DNA of 59,324 nt, the filler included. It is 5 parts of 5 records of this genome, joined end to end, with 100 filler letters (N's around TTAATTAATTAA, not from the genome) between each part and the next. Parts side by side here need not be neighbours in the genome. Positions count along the whole stretch, not along the records: positions 16,903 to 22,086 come from DRR723986_1881; positions 22,187 to 32,246 come from DRR723986_1884; 3 more parts are not named here. One strand, 5' to 3'. Made by a program: the position numbers and the translations under genes. Shown here one piece after another: positions 18,620 through 28,896 of the stretch (position 1 is its first letter; every line of letters begins with the position of its first letter). The notes under the pieces are model-generated. The model was given only the letters and a program-made list of their open reading frames with translations, did no database searches and was not told the DNA's origin.

Positions 18620-19375
18620 CTAGTACGACTGCCCGTTTCGCACAACGCGATACATCTGCGTTGGGATAACAACCTGATTCCCATTTTCCAGTTGCATCGG
18701 CACGATGCCGTCGGATGACTCGATCCGGACAAGTCCTCTTCGCTCCAGTTCAACGAGCCACTCAGGCACACTGCGATCAATTGGGAAATACTGCTTGCCG
18801 AGATCACTACCTCTCACAAGCGTTCCACCAGATGGCAGCGTTTCAAAACCGCCGCCCGAACCGTACCGACCGTCGTTCGGGTAATTTTGATCGGTATCCT
18901 GCGACACCGTAGTGGTTCCCTGGCCGTCGGACGAATTACCCGCCTGGGTTGATTCACCAATCACTCCGGAACCAATCCAACCAATTGTAAAGCTGACTAA
19001 CAGTAGAGCCGCCAGCGATGTCCAATGCCCCAACCGCAGAAGCTTCTCCGCCGCAGGATCTTGGTATCGGTAACTCTGTTCGCTGGAAGCAGGTTGCACG
19101 TGATTCTGCTGTGAACGCTCATTCAGATAGACCAACGTCTCTTCACGCTCAAGAGCATCCGCTTCGGGACGGTGCGCTGCACTCCAGTCTACACTTGAAC
19201 CCGACAGACTCTTAAGCTCAGCCTCAATTGCCTGTTCTTGCAAGAATGCAATCGCGCAAGCTCGCCATTGATCCGGCTCGGCGTCCAGTTGATTCAAGAT
19301 CTGCCGATATCGATCAGGCGACACGTCGCCCATCACCAGCTCATCCAAAACGGCGTCGTCGATCTTGATTGTCAT
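18620..19375 (-). CDS. putative membrane anti-sigma factor
   Basis: Directly downstream of ECF sigma; N-terminal helical region, one TM segment (LAALLLVSFTIGW), C-terminal extracytoplasmic part. Confidence 0.6.
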   Translation of the reverse strand: MTIKIDDAVLDELVMGDVSPDRYRQILNQLDAEPDQWRACAIAFLQEQAIEAELKSLSGSSVDWSAAHRPEADALEREETLVYLNERSQQNHVQPASSEQSYRYQDPAAEKLLRLGHWTSLAALLLVSFTIGWIGSGVIGESTQAGNSSDGQGTTTVSQDTDQNYPNDGRYGSGGGFETLPSGGTLVRGSDLGKQYFPIDRSVPEWLVELERRGLVRIESSDGIVPMQLENGNQVVIPTQMYRVVRNGQSY

Positions 19376-19409
19376 AAGGAACTTTCCCGCTCTTCAAACA
19401 GCCGAGCGA

Positions 19410-19970
19410 TTACTCACTCAACAAGTGTTTTCGCAATGTAGCTCGCGCGCGGTGCAATCTGCTCTGCACAGCGCTGGCCGTAACTCCAACTCGAGCTGCT
19501 ATTTCGCCGTACGACAGTCCGTCCACGTACTTAAGCAGCAGCAATTGCCGATCTCGCTCGGAGAGTTTCGCCATCGACTCTCGCACTTCGCCACGACGCT
19601 CTTCGCTGAGTAGAAACTCCATCGGAGAGCGATCGCGGGTGTCGTGCTCACTAGGCGCAGCCTTTTCTCCAAATCCAGCGATCAACTTTCGTCGGCGTCC
19701 TGCCTTGCGACGGAAAAGCATTACTTGCCGAAGGGCGACCCGGTACAACCACGGGCCAGGCTTCTCGACGGGAACACTTTTCGCTGACTGATTGGCTGCT
19801 GCGACCGCCACTTCCTGCATCACTTCGTCGACTTCGTCGTGGTTCCCCAGGCGCGCATGCAGGGTGGTCCTGAGCCATTTTTCATGGTCAGGCAACGCCT
19901 CAAGCGGGTCACAGTAACTGGTTGTCGACATCTTGCTATCGGATTCGGTGGATTTTTCGCCAGCGTTCAC
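19410..19970 (-). CDS. ECF sigma factor
   Basis: DEVMQEV / WLYRVA (region 2) and LSERDRQLLLLKYVDGLSYGEIAARVGVTASAVQSRLHRAR (region 4); start uncertain. Confidence 0.92.
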   Translation of the reverse strand: MNAGEKSTESDSKMSTTSYCDPLEALPDHEKWLRTTLHARLGNHDEVDEVMQEVAVAAANQSAKSVPVEKPGPWLYRVALRQVMLFRRKAGRRRKLIAGFGEKAAPSEHDTRDRSPMEFLLSEERRGEVRESMAKLSERDRQLLLLKYVDGLSYGEIAARVGVTASAVQSRLHRARATLRKHLLSE

Positions 19971-20184
19971 TATCGTCGTTTTCGCTCAATTATCGCCGGC
20001 GGCAGCGTGGCAGCAGGAATACCGATGCCTGCCAATCATGTTTAGAGTTGCCGCTTGAAGGCTTACGTTTCGGCCACTTTGCGCGTTTTCAAGAACTTTT
20101 CGTTCGTCCAGAGCAGACCGACAAGAGAGCATCGTTGTTCGAGCTTGGCCCCTCTGCAGGGCTGCATTCCACTCTCCGAATGAG

Positions 20185-20688
20185 CTATTCGGCGAGCTGA
20201 ATCCCCGCGGTTTTGAGCAAGTTGTCAAACTGGTCGCGCAGTTGGTGCATCTGATCGACACTCAATTGCTGACCGATGTGAGCGACGATGTAGAGGGCTA
20301 AAATCAGCAAAAGTGGCACGACCGCAAGCCAAACCGCCCACACGGTTTGATTCAAAGCCCATTGGGAATAGGCCAACATGAAACCAAAAAACGACGTGAA
20401 CGCCATCAGCATGTAGAAGATCCAAACGCTCGTCCAAACATCCACTCGCGGGGCGAATCGCCCAAATATTTCCTGTTGTGAATCGTGGTTGACGACATAA
20501 AACGACAGGTGGGGCGACCAAACGCGGTGTTCCTCGCGCGGCAGATGGAGCTCACCATACTCTCCATGCATGCGAAACGCGTCCGGAGCGGCCATCTGGT
20601 TCGCCGCCTGCTCAAGACGCTCAATTGCTGTTCCGCGGTCCTGCTTGATGGCCACGGTAAAGGTAGGTCGCAGTTTGAACCAAGACAT
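20185..20688 (-). CDS. hypothetical membrane protein
   Basis: HRVWSPHL motif and two C-terminal TM segments; ATG 20688 with GGGGA RBS. Confidence 0.7.
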   Translation of the reverse strand: MSWFKLRPTFTVAIKQDRGTAIERLEQAANQMAAPDAFRMHGEYGELHLPREEHRVWSPHLSFYVVNHDSQQEIFGRFAPRVDVWTSVWIFYMLMAFTSFFGFMLAYSQWALNQTVWAVWLAVVPLLLILALYIVAHIGQQLSVDQMHQLRDQFDNLLKTAGIQLAE

Positions 20689-20988
20689 CCGCCATCCCCT
20701 AAAACGACTCGCACCACACCTTTGGGCAACGCGCTGAAACGCGACCCTGCACAGGCAGAAGACTACCAAATTTCAACTCCGCACGTCGGGCCAAGCTCTT
20801 CTGGCTCACAAAGCAGAACTTCGTCGGCTCAATACAGCTTCGCAACAGCTTGGTTCTGAACAGTGCCCGGATCACTTATTGATGCTGCGACTCATTCCAG
20901 CTAGGCTCGCATCTCCCAAAAGGCGACTTATCACGACCCAATTTGCTAAACCCGCTACCCACAACAGAAACATCGAACCTAGACGACC

Positions 20989-22008
20989 ATGACAATTGAA
21001 AAAGAAGCGTTCGGCACCACCGAAGACGGTCAACAAATTACGGCATACACGCTCTCTGGCGGAAACACCCGAGTTCGCATGATTGACTATGGGGCCATCA
21101 TTATTTCAGTCGAAGTACCTGACGCCGATGGACGACTTGCCAACATCAATTTAGGTTTCGACGCACTTGATGGTTATCTGGCAAGACACTCCTACTTAGG
21201 GTCAACCGTTGGCCGATTTTGCAATCGCATTTCGAAAGGGCGATTCGAACTCGACGGAGTCGAATACAAGGACCTTGTGATCAACAACGGCCCCAATCAC
21301 CTGCATGGCGGCACGGTTGGATTCGACAAATTGTTCTGGACGACCGAGGAAATCAACGATGATCTGGGCCAAGGCATTCGCTTTCGGACCACCAGCCCCG
21401 ATGGGCAGGAAGGTTACCCAGGCACGCTCCAGGTCACTGCGGATTACTGCGTCAACAACGAAGGCTCCTTGGCCTATCGCTTTTCTGCCAAGACTGACAA
21501 GGCAACCGTCATTAACATGACCAATCACTCTTACTGGAATCTCGCGGGCGTCGACTCTGGCAATATCCTGGATCACGTCGTCCAGATGAATTGCGACAAT
21601 AGCTTGGACGTAGACGACACGCTTATTCCGACTGGAAAAATCATTCCTGTAGCGGGAACGCTTCTGGATTTCCAAGAACCTCGTCGTGTGGGTGATCGCA
21701 TCGAACAACTACCAGCGACAAAGGGCTACGACCACTGCTATGTCGTCAACGGTACACCAGGCGAATTGCGTCTGGCGGGCAAAGTTGTTGATCCAACCAG
21801 TGGTCGAAGCATGGAAGTACACACGACGCAGCCCGGCGTTCAGTTGTACACCGGCAATCACCTGGGCGGCAAGCACTCGCCTTACAGTGGCCTTTGCCTT
21901 GAGACGCAACATTATCCCGATTCGCCAAACAAGCCCGACTTTCCCACAACGGTACTTCGCCCTGGCGAGACGTTCCTGGAAACGACCATTCACAAGTTCG
22001 GCTGCTAA
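20989..22008 (+). CDS. galM: aldose 1-epimerase (galactose mutarotase)
   Basis: GRFCNRI, NHLHGG, NMTNHSYWNL, GYDHCY and CLETQHYPDSPN motifs. Confidence 0.95.
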   Translation: MTIEKEAFGTTEDGQQITAYTLSGGNTRVRMIDYGAIIISVEVPDADGRLANINLGFDALDGYLARHSYLGSTVGRFCNRISKGRFELDGVEYKDLVINNGPNHLHGGTVGFDKLFWTTEEINDDLGQGIRFRTTSPDGQEGYPGTLQVTADYCVNNEGSLAYRFSAKTDKATVINMTNHSYWNLAGVDSGNILDHVVQMNCDNSLDVDDTLIPTGKIIPVAGTLLDFQEPRRVGDRIEQLPATKGYDHCYVVNGTPGELRLAGKVVDPTSGRSMEVHTTQPGVQLYTGNHLGGKHSPYSGLCLETQHYPDSPNKPDFPTTVLRPGETFLETTIHKFGC

Positions 22009-22086
22009 TACGAAATCTGAACACGCCACAGCCGCGTAGCACAGATCGGCTGCCGGGAGGGGCTCCTCACCGTAGTGCAGGCAGCC

Positions 22087-22186
22087 NNNNNNNNNNNNNN
22101 NNNNNNNNNNNNNNNNNNNNNNNNNNNNNNTTAATTAATTAANNNNNNNNNNNNNNNNNNNNNNNNNNNNNNNNNNNNNNNNNNNN
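22087..22186. other. artificial contig spacer
   Basis: N44-TTAATTAATTAA-N44. Confidence 0.98.
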
Positions 22187-22654
22187 GTCTTCGGCGGCGG
22201 CGGTCACAATGATCCGATCAAACGGCGCCTGCTCTGGCAAACCGAACGATCCATCCACCGTCATCGCCGTAATATTGGCCAGATGCATGGACTGAAAAAC
22301 CATCTGCGCCTCGCGCACCAGACGTGCGTGCCGCTCAACCGTATAGACCCGGCGCGCCAGCTTGCTCAGGATCGCGGCCTGATAGCCAGAGCCAGTCCCA
22401 ACCTCTAAAACCTTATCGCGCGGATTGACCTCAAGCGCTTGCGTCATGATCCCAACAACCGATGGCTGGCTTATTGTTTGGCCACAGGCAATCGGCAGCG
22501 GCATATCCTCGTATGCGCGGGCTGCAAAGATGCCCCGCACAAACGGCCCCCGGTCGATTTCTTCCATTGCCGCCAGAACCTTGGCATCTGTCACCCCCTT
22601 GGAGCGCAGATGAAAGACAAACTGCATTTTGGTTTCAGGATCTGGACCGCTCAT
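22187..22654 (-). CDS. pcm: protein-L-isoaspartate O-methyltransferase (3' truncated)
   Basis: [33 protein letters not shown]; downstream of surE. Confidence 0.95.
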
Positions 22655-23433
22655 TCGATTGTCTTGAGTGCCTCTAGATGGTCATGGGCGGTCAGATCCG
22701 CGCGCATGGGCGTGACTGAAATGTACCCTTCAAGGTTCACCGCCGCATCGCTGCCCGGTTCGGTCATCACCTGCTGATTGCCACCTTTAATCCACAAGAA
22801 CCGACGCCCGGTGGGGGATTTATGCGGCTCAACAGTAAACTTGGTTTCGCGTCTGTAGCCCTGTGGTACGGCACGAACACCAAGCACCTCATCAACCGGA
22901 ACCGGCGGGAAATTGACATTGTAGAACAGGCGGTAATCCGCTCCTACACCGGGATCCTGATCCAGGATCTTGCGGATAACGTCCGCCCCATGCGCCAAGG
23001 CCACTTCAAAAAGGTCAGGCCGGTCAAAATTGCGCGGGCCGAAATACTGCGACAAAGCAATCGCGGGCAGCCCTTGCAGGGCCGCCTCCATCGCGCCGCC
23101 CAGCGTGCCAGAATACAGCGCGTTTTCTGCCGAATTGTTACCCTTGTTCACGCCTGACAACACCAGATCAGGCGGGTTATCTTTCATCACATCGTGCAAG
23201 CCTGCCAGTACGCAATCCGCAGGCGACCCTTCGGCGGCATAGCGACGTTCGCTCAACTTGGCGATCATGGTAGGGTGAGAATAGCTGATGCAATGGCCCA
23301 CACCTGATTGTTCAAACGCAGGCGCAACCACCCACACTTCGCCATCTGGCCCAGCCAGTTCAGCTGCAATGGCTTCTAACGTCGCCAGTCCCGGCGCGTT
23401 GATGCCGTCGTCATTTGTCAAAAGAATACGCAT
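22651..23433 (-). CDS. surE: 5'/3'-nucleotidase SurE
   Basis: [35 protein letters not shown]. Confidence 0.96.
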   Translation of the reverse strand: MRILLTNDDGINAPGLATLEAIAAELAGPDGEVWVVAPAFEQSGVGHCISYSHPTMIAKLSERRYAAEGSPADCVLAGLHDVMKDNPPDLVLSGVNKGNNSAENALYSGTLGGAMEAALQGLPAIALSQYFGPRNFDRPDLFEVALAHGADVIRKILDQDPGVGADYRLFYNVNFPPVPVDEVLGVRAVPQGYRRETKFTVEPHKSPTGRRFLWIKGGNQQVMTEPGSDAAVNLEGYISVTPMRADLTAHDHLEALKTIE

Positions 23434-23508
23434 AATACCCCGCCCCGTTTGGTTCTTGATAGCCGCGCACCCGCGCCCCGGCAAGCAAGCACAGCCCCCA
23501 AGAGCCAC

Positions 23509-23536
23509 AAAAAGAAAGGAGCGTTGCCGCTCCTTT
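23509..23536 (-). terminator. terminator after riboflavin synthase gene
   Basis: AAAGGAGCG-ttgc-CGCTCCTTT with T-rich tail on the minus strand. Confidence 0.65.
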
Positions 23537-23604
23537 GCTCAATCCAAGACAGATCCGAACCTTACCTGCGGCACTCGGGCCTTAGCCCCGGCCCCATCGC
23601 GGTC

Positions 23605-24192
23605 TTAGCCGACTTCGTTCAGTCGCGCGACATAACGGGCCAGCGTGTCGATCTCGAGGTTGATCATATCGCCCTCGGCCATGTCACCCCACGTGGTTAC
23701 GTCTTTGGTGTGAGGGATAAAATTGATCCCGAAATCGGCCCCATCCACGTCATTCACGGTCAAAGATGTCCCGTTCAATGCGACCGACCCCTTTGGCGCA
23801 ATGAATTTGGCCAACGCCTGTGGCGCGCGCAGGGTCACACGAGTGCTGTCGCCTTCGTCGACCATCTTGATGATCTCGGCAACGCCATCCACATGGCCTG
23901 AAACGATATGACCGCCCAGTTCATCGCCCACTTTCAAAGCACGCTCAAGATTGACCCGCTTGCCCACGGCCCATGCGCCCAGATTGGTTTTGCCAACGCT
24001 TTCCGCACTGATCTGCACATCGTACCAATCCGTGCCCAGAGCAACGACTGTCAGGCACACACCATCACTGGCAATAGATGCCCCAATGTCGATGGAGGCG
24101 GTGTCGTATCCCGTCTGAATGCGCGCCCGCAAATCGCCTTGCTGATCCAGTTCAGCAATTGTGCCAACGTCGGTGATGATCCCTGTAAACAT
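23605..24192 (-). CDS. ribE: riboflavin synthase (alpha chain)
   Basis: MFTGI N-terminus, GVCLTV, VNLERAL, GGHIVSGHVDG. Confidence 0.96.
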   Translation of the reverse strand: MFTGIITDVGTIAELDQQGDLRARIQTGYDTASIDIGASIASDGVCLTVVALGTDWYDVQISAESVGKTNLGAWAVGKRVNLERALKVGDELGGHIVSGHVDGVAEIIKMVDEGDSTRVTLRAPQALAKFIAPKGSVALNGTSLTVNDVDGADFGINFIPHTKDVTTWGDMAEGDMINLEIDTLARYVARLNEVG

Positions 24193-24353
24193 TCTATTTG
24201 CCTCTGAAAGCTATACCTACAGGCTGACGTAGCGGGCGACGGGCGCACGAGCAAGCCCCAGTTGCTTGCCCTTCTGACACGGTCCGGTCATAGTTTTGCC
24301 TGATCCACAGGCTAAAGGTTAATGTATTGTCCCACGGCGCAAAGAGTAATGAT

Positions 24354-25646
24354 ATGCCTATTTCGGCCCAGAAACAGCGGAAATTCCTGTTCTTACAAGG
24401 CCCCCACGGGCCCTTTTTCAATGCTTTGGGCAAAATGCTGCGTGCGGCGGGTGGTCAGGTTTGGCGGGTTGGGTTCAATGCCGGTGACCGTGCGTTCTGG
24501 TTTCACCAATCCAGCTATATCCCCTATCGTGGTACGCCGGATGACTGGTCAGATACGTTTTCAGACCTGCTCGACACACATCATGTCACGGATATCGTGC
24601 TGTACGGCGACACGCGCCCAGTTCATGCCAAAGCCATCGAAATCGCTCGCGCCCGCGGTCTGACCATCCATGTTTTTGAAGAGGGGTATTTGCGGCCCTA
24701 TTGGGTGACCTATGAACGGGGCGGATCAAATGGCAACTCGCGCCTGATGGATATGTCCATCCCCGAGATGAAAGAGGCGCTGGATCAATCCGTTATGGAA
24801 ACGCCCCTGCCGCCGTCCCATTGGGGGGACACGCGCCAGCATGTTTTCTATGGGGCGCTCTATCACTGGTTTGTCATGTTCAGAAACGGCGATTACCGCA
24901 ATTTTCGCCCGCATCGGGATCTGCCCGTCACCAAAGAGTTCCAGCTGTATCTGCAAAGGCTCTTACTGATGCCAGCACAGGCGCTGGATCGCTGGATCTC
25001 AACGCTGCGCATTCGCAATGGGGGGTTTCCCTATCATCTGGCCTTGCTGCAGCTGGAACATGACAGCTCGTTCCAAATGCATTCGCCGTTCTCAACTATG
25101 ACCGAATTCCTGTCCGAGATTTTCGAGGGTTTCGCCACAGGTGCCCCACAACACCACCATCTGGTGGTCAAAGCACATCCTCTGGAAGATGGCCGGGTCC
25201 CCATCCGGACTGAAGTCAAGCGCCTTGCGGATCAACACGGCTTGCACGGACGAGTGCATTATGTGCGGGGTGGTAAGCTAGCGCAGCTTTTGAATGATGC
25301 CAGAACTGCCGTCACCGTGAATTCCACCGCTGGTCAACAGGTGCTGTGGCGCGGTATCCCCCTCAAGGTATTTGGCAAGGCCGTCTATGCCAAACCTGAG
25401 TTTGTGGCGAATCAATCCTTGCGCGATTTCTTTGCTGGGGCCACCCGTCCTGACAACCGCGCCTATAAGGAATACCGTCGCTACCTGCTTGAAACGAGCC
25501 AGCTTCCCGGTGGGTTTTATTCCCGGCGCGGACGTCGCCAACTGCTGCGTCAGGTGGTTGATATGATGCTGTCCCCAGAAGACCCCTATGATGCGCTGAA
25601 ATCCGGCACAGCGGCCCCACGGCAACAGTTGCGTCTGGTGAACTGA
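24354..25646 (+). CDS. kpsS: capsule biosynthesis protein KpsS-like
   Basis: FLFLQGPHGPFF, FEEGYLRPYWVT, LQLEHDS, VKAHP, VNSTAG; alternative start 24327. Confidence 0.85.
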   Translation: MPISAQKQRKFLFLQGPHGPFFNALGKMLRAAGGQVWRVGFNAGDRAFWFHQSSYIPYRGTPDDWSDTFSDLLDTHHVTDIVLYGDTRPVHAKAIEIARARGLTIHVFEEGYLRPYWVTYERGGSNGNSRLMDMSIPEMKEALDQSVMETPLPPSHWGDTRQHVFYGALYHWFVMFRNGDYRNFRPHRDLPVTKEFQLYLQRLLLMPAQALDRWISTLRIRNGGFPYHLALLQLEHDSSFQMHSPFSTMTEFLSEIFEGFATGAPQHHHLVVKAHPLEDGRVPIRTEVKRLADQHGLHGRVHYVRGGKLAQLLNDARTAVTVNSTAGQQVLWRGIPLKVFGKAVYAKPEFVANQSLRDFFAGATRPDNRAYKEYRRYLLETSQLPGGFYSRRGRRQLLRQVVDMMLSPEDPYDALKSGTAAPRQQLRLVN

Positions 25647-25742
25647 CCAACACAAGAGCTAGGACTGGATTTTTATTCCTGATTCCGATAGCTTGATAAA
25701 AAAAGACCGAGGCAAAAAATAATAGGTCGAGGAGACCGAGCA

Positions 25743-26879
25743 GTGAAACCCATGTCCGTCCGGTGGGCTAAGCCCATTGCCGTGCTGACTGCGATCGCAG
25801 TCGTGGCCTCTTGTACGTTGCCACGTACCGGCCCCAATAAACGTGAAATCTTTGCAGGTTCCGTGCAAAAAGAAGGCGATGCATTTATTGTCGCCGTCAA
25901 TGATCGCGTCACCCGTGCAACCGCCGTTGTCCCAGCTCTTGGATTTTCTGACAGCTTCAAGAACGCATCCCAGCTAACATCTGACACCATTCGCCCCGGC
26001 GATGTGTTGGGCCTGACAATCTGGGAAAACGTGGACGATGGTCTGTTGGCGGGCGAAGCTGCCAACTCCACCATTCTGGAAGAGGTGCAGGTCGACAGTG
26101 CTGGGTTCATATTTGTGCCTTACGCTGGTCGTGTACGCGCCTCTGGGAACACACCCAACCAATTGCGTGAAACCATCACAACCAAACTCGAAGATCAAAC
26201 ACCCGATCCACAGGTTCAAGTACGGCGCCTTGCTGGTGATGGCGCAACCGTGTCCTTGACCGGTGCCGTTGGTGGCCAAGGCGTGTATCCGATTGAACGC
26301 CCGACCCGCACGCTGTCTTCAATGCTTGCACAAGCTGGTGGTGTCACTATCACGCCGGAAATTGCACAGGTCACCGTGATCCGTGGCAACCAACAAGGGC
26401 AAGTTTGGTTTCAAGACCTCTATGACAACCCCAAGCTGGACATCGCCTTGCGTGGTGGTGACCGCATTCTGGTCGAAGAAGACACCCGGTCCTACACAGC
26501 GCTGGGTGCCACAAACGCACAGGCGCGGGTTGCTTTCGAGACACAGGATCTGTCGGCCCTCGAAGCGATTGCGCAAATTGGTGGCCTCTTGTCGACCTCC
26601 TCTGATCCAACCGGCGTGTTCATCTTCCGCAACGAACCAGCTGAAATTGCTGGCCAAGTCCTGGGACGCACCGATCTCGAAGGGGCACAGCGCATGGTTT
26701 ATGTTCTGAATCTGACCGAACCCAACGGCTTGTTCGTGGCCCGTGACTTTGTCATCCGCGACGAAGATACGCTCTATGTCACCGAGGCGCCTTATGCCCA
26801 GTGGACCAAAGCAATCTCACTTGTTGCCGGTGGCCTGACACCCATTGCCAACGTGGCGACCATTACTGACAGTTTCTAA
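25743..26879 (+). CDS. polysaccharide export lipoprotein (Wza/KpsD family)
   Basis: Lipobox VASC; IRPGDVLGLTIWE; GFIFVPYAG; SLBB-like repeats. Confidence 0.9.
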   Translation: MKPMSVRWAKPIAVLTAIAVVASCTLPRTGPNKREIFAGSVQKEGDAFIVAVNDRVTRATAVVPALGFSDSFKNASQLTSDTIRPGDVLGLTIWENVDDGLLAGEAANSTILEEVQVDSAGFIFVPYAGRVRASGNTPNQLRETITTKLEDQTPDPQVQVRRLAGDGATVSLTGAVGGQGVYPIERPTRTLSSMLAQAGGVTITPEIAQVTVIRGNQQGQVWFQDLYDNPKLDIALRGGDRILVEEDTRSYTALGATNAQARVAFETQDLSALEAIAQIGGLLSTSSDPTGVFIFRNEPAEIAGQVLGRTDLEGAQRMVYVLNLTEPNGLFVARDFVIRDEDTLYVTEAPYAQWTKAISLVAGGLTPIANVATITDSF

Positions 26880-26884
26880 TCAGC

Positions 26885-28882
26885 ATGATCACCGAACACT
26901 CTACAACAGCCGAGAGCCCCCGCTCTCGGCTGTTTGTGTATAACGGGGGCTTCTTGACCCAATCCCGCCTGCGCCGCATCCTAAGCCTTGCGGGGTATGA
27001 CATCCGCCTCGGTTTGCCCGGACCGGATGACTCGATCGGGATCTGGGGCAACAGCCCAACGGCCCATCGCGGCAAAGCCATCGCCGCAAAACGTGACACG
27101 CCTCTGGTGCGGATCGAGGATGCGTTTTTGCGATCCCTCCACCCCGGCCGCGCTGGCGAGCCACCGCTGGGTCTGCATCTGGATCGCTCTGGGGTGCATT
27201 TTGACCCGTCGACCGTCTCAGACCTGGAACAGCTACTGACAACGCACCCACTGGATGACACCGCTCTGTTGAATCGCGCCCGCGCAGGAATGGCGCGTAT
27301 GCAAGACCTGCATCTGAGCAAATACTCTGGCTTTGATCCGACAATCCCAGCACCAGATCCCGGCTATGTATTGGTCGTGGACCAGACGCGCGGGGATGCA
27401 TCGGTCACAGCCAGCAAGGGCAACGACGCTCTGTTTCGCGAAATGCTGGTCTTTGCACAAGAAGAACACTCCGGCGCGCAGGTCATCATCAAATCTCACC
27501 CGGAAACCAACGCGGGCTATCGGCCCGGATATTATTCGGCCGAGGATGCCAACCATCGCATCACCCTGCTCGACACCCCGATCAGCCCGTGGTCCCTGCT
27601 CGAAGGGGCGGTGGGCGTCTATACCGTGTCCTCCCAGCTTGGGTTTGAGGCCATTCTGGCCGGTCACAAACCGCGGGTTTTTGGCCAGCCGTTCTATGCG
27701 GGCTGGGGCCTGACTGCAGACGAAAACCCGGTTCCCCGGCGTGAACGCCGCTTGACCCGCGCACAGCTGTTCGCAGCGGCGATGATCCTCTATCCGGTCT
27801 GGTACGATCCCTATCGCGATCAACTCGGCTCCTTGGAAACTACGCTGGACACGCTTGAGGCACAAACCCGCGCTTGGCGACAGGATCGCCACGGGTGGAC
27901 AGCAGGTGGCATGCGCCTGTGGAAACGCCGCCCTCTGCAAAAGATGTTCGGGCGCTCCAAGCGTGTGCACTTCACCGATACCCCCGATGTGGATGATCCA
28001 CGTCCCCATATGGTTTGGGCCAACCGTCCCGCGCCCAATGATGCGCACCGGCTCGAAGATGGCTTTCTCCGCTCGCGCGGCCTAGGCGCAGAGCTGGTGC
28101 CGCCGCTGTCGTTGGTGACAGATGATCGCGGCATTTATTACGATCCAACCCGCCCCAGTCAGCTGGAGGCATGGATCGCCAAACGCGAAGAGCTGCGCCC
28201 AGATCAACATCTACGCGCGGACCGGCTGGTGCATTCACTGCTTCAAAACAAACTGAGCAAATACAACCTTGGCGGAAATCACCCCACCCTGCCCGATGGC
28301 CATCGCATCCTCGTTCCCGGTCAGGTCGAAGACGACGCCTCGATCAAGACCGGGACCGGGGCCGTGAAAACCAACCTTGATCTGCTGCAACGCGCCCGTG
28401 CGGACAACCCCGATGCGATCATCCTTTACAAACCGCACCCAGATGTTGAGGCCGGGTTGCGTACCGGCACAATCACCGTCGATGGGCTTGCGGATTTGGT
28501 TCTAACAAACTGCGACCCAAGCGCCCTTTTGAGCGAAGTGGATGAGGTCTGGACTATGACCTCGCTCCTCGGGTTCGAGGCGCTGTTGCGTGGGGTCAAA
28601 GTCACCACACTAGGCGCGCCGTTTTACGCCGGATGGGGCCTGACCACCGATTTGGGTAAAGTTCCCGCCCGTCGCGGGGCCCGCCCGGATCTGATGGGAT
28701 TGGTGCATGCCACCCTGATCGATTACCCGCGCTATTGGGATCCCGTCACTGGCCAGCCCTGCCCCGTCGAAGTTGCTGTTGAACGGCTGAGCACCGGGAC
28801 GATCCCACATCCGGGCTACGCCAATCGGGTATTGTCAAAACTGCAGGGGGTATTTGCCACCTACGCCCACCTGTGGCGCTGA
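26885..28882 (+). CDS. kpsC: capsule biosynthesis protein KpsC-like
   Basis: Duplicated domain with EDAFLRS/EDGFLRS, LSKY, KSHP/KPHP and PFYAGWGLT twice. Confidence 0.9.
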   Translation: MITEHSTTAESPRSRLFVYNGGFLTQSRLRRILSLAGYDIRLGLPGPDDSIGIWGNSPTAHRGKAIAAKRDTPLVRIEDAFLRSLHPGRAGEPPLGLHLDRSGVHFDPSTVSDLEQLLTTHPLDDTALLNRARAGMARMQDLHLSKYSGFDPTIPAPDPGYVLVVDQTRGDASVTASKGNDALFREMLVFAQEEHSGAQVIIKSHPETNAGYRPGYYSAEDANHRITLLDTPISPWSLLEGAVGVYTVSSQLGFEAILAGHKPRVFGQPFYAGWGLTADENPVPRRERRLTRAQLFAAAMILYPVWYDPYRDQLGSLETTLDTLEAQTRAWRQDRHGWTAGGMRLWKRRPLQKMFGRSKRVHFTDTPDVDDPRPHMVWANRPAPNDAHRLEDGFLRSRGLGAELVPPLSLVTDDRGIYYDPTRPSQLEAWIAKREELRPDQHLRADRLVHSLLQNKLSKYNLGGNHPTLPDGHRILVPGQVEDDASIKTGTGAVKTNLDLLQRARADNPDAIILYKPHPDVEAGLRTGTITVDGLADLVLTNCDPSALLSEVDEVWTMTSLLGFEALLRGVKVTTLGAPFYAGWGLTTDLGKVPARRGARPDLMGLVHATLIDYPRYWDPVTGQPCPVEVAVERLSTGTIPHPGYANRVLSKLQGVFATYAHLWR

Positions 28883-28896
28883 TGGCAAATAGGGTC

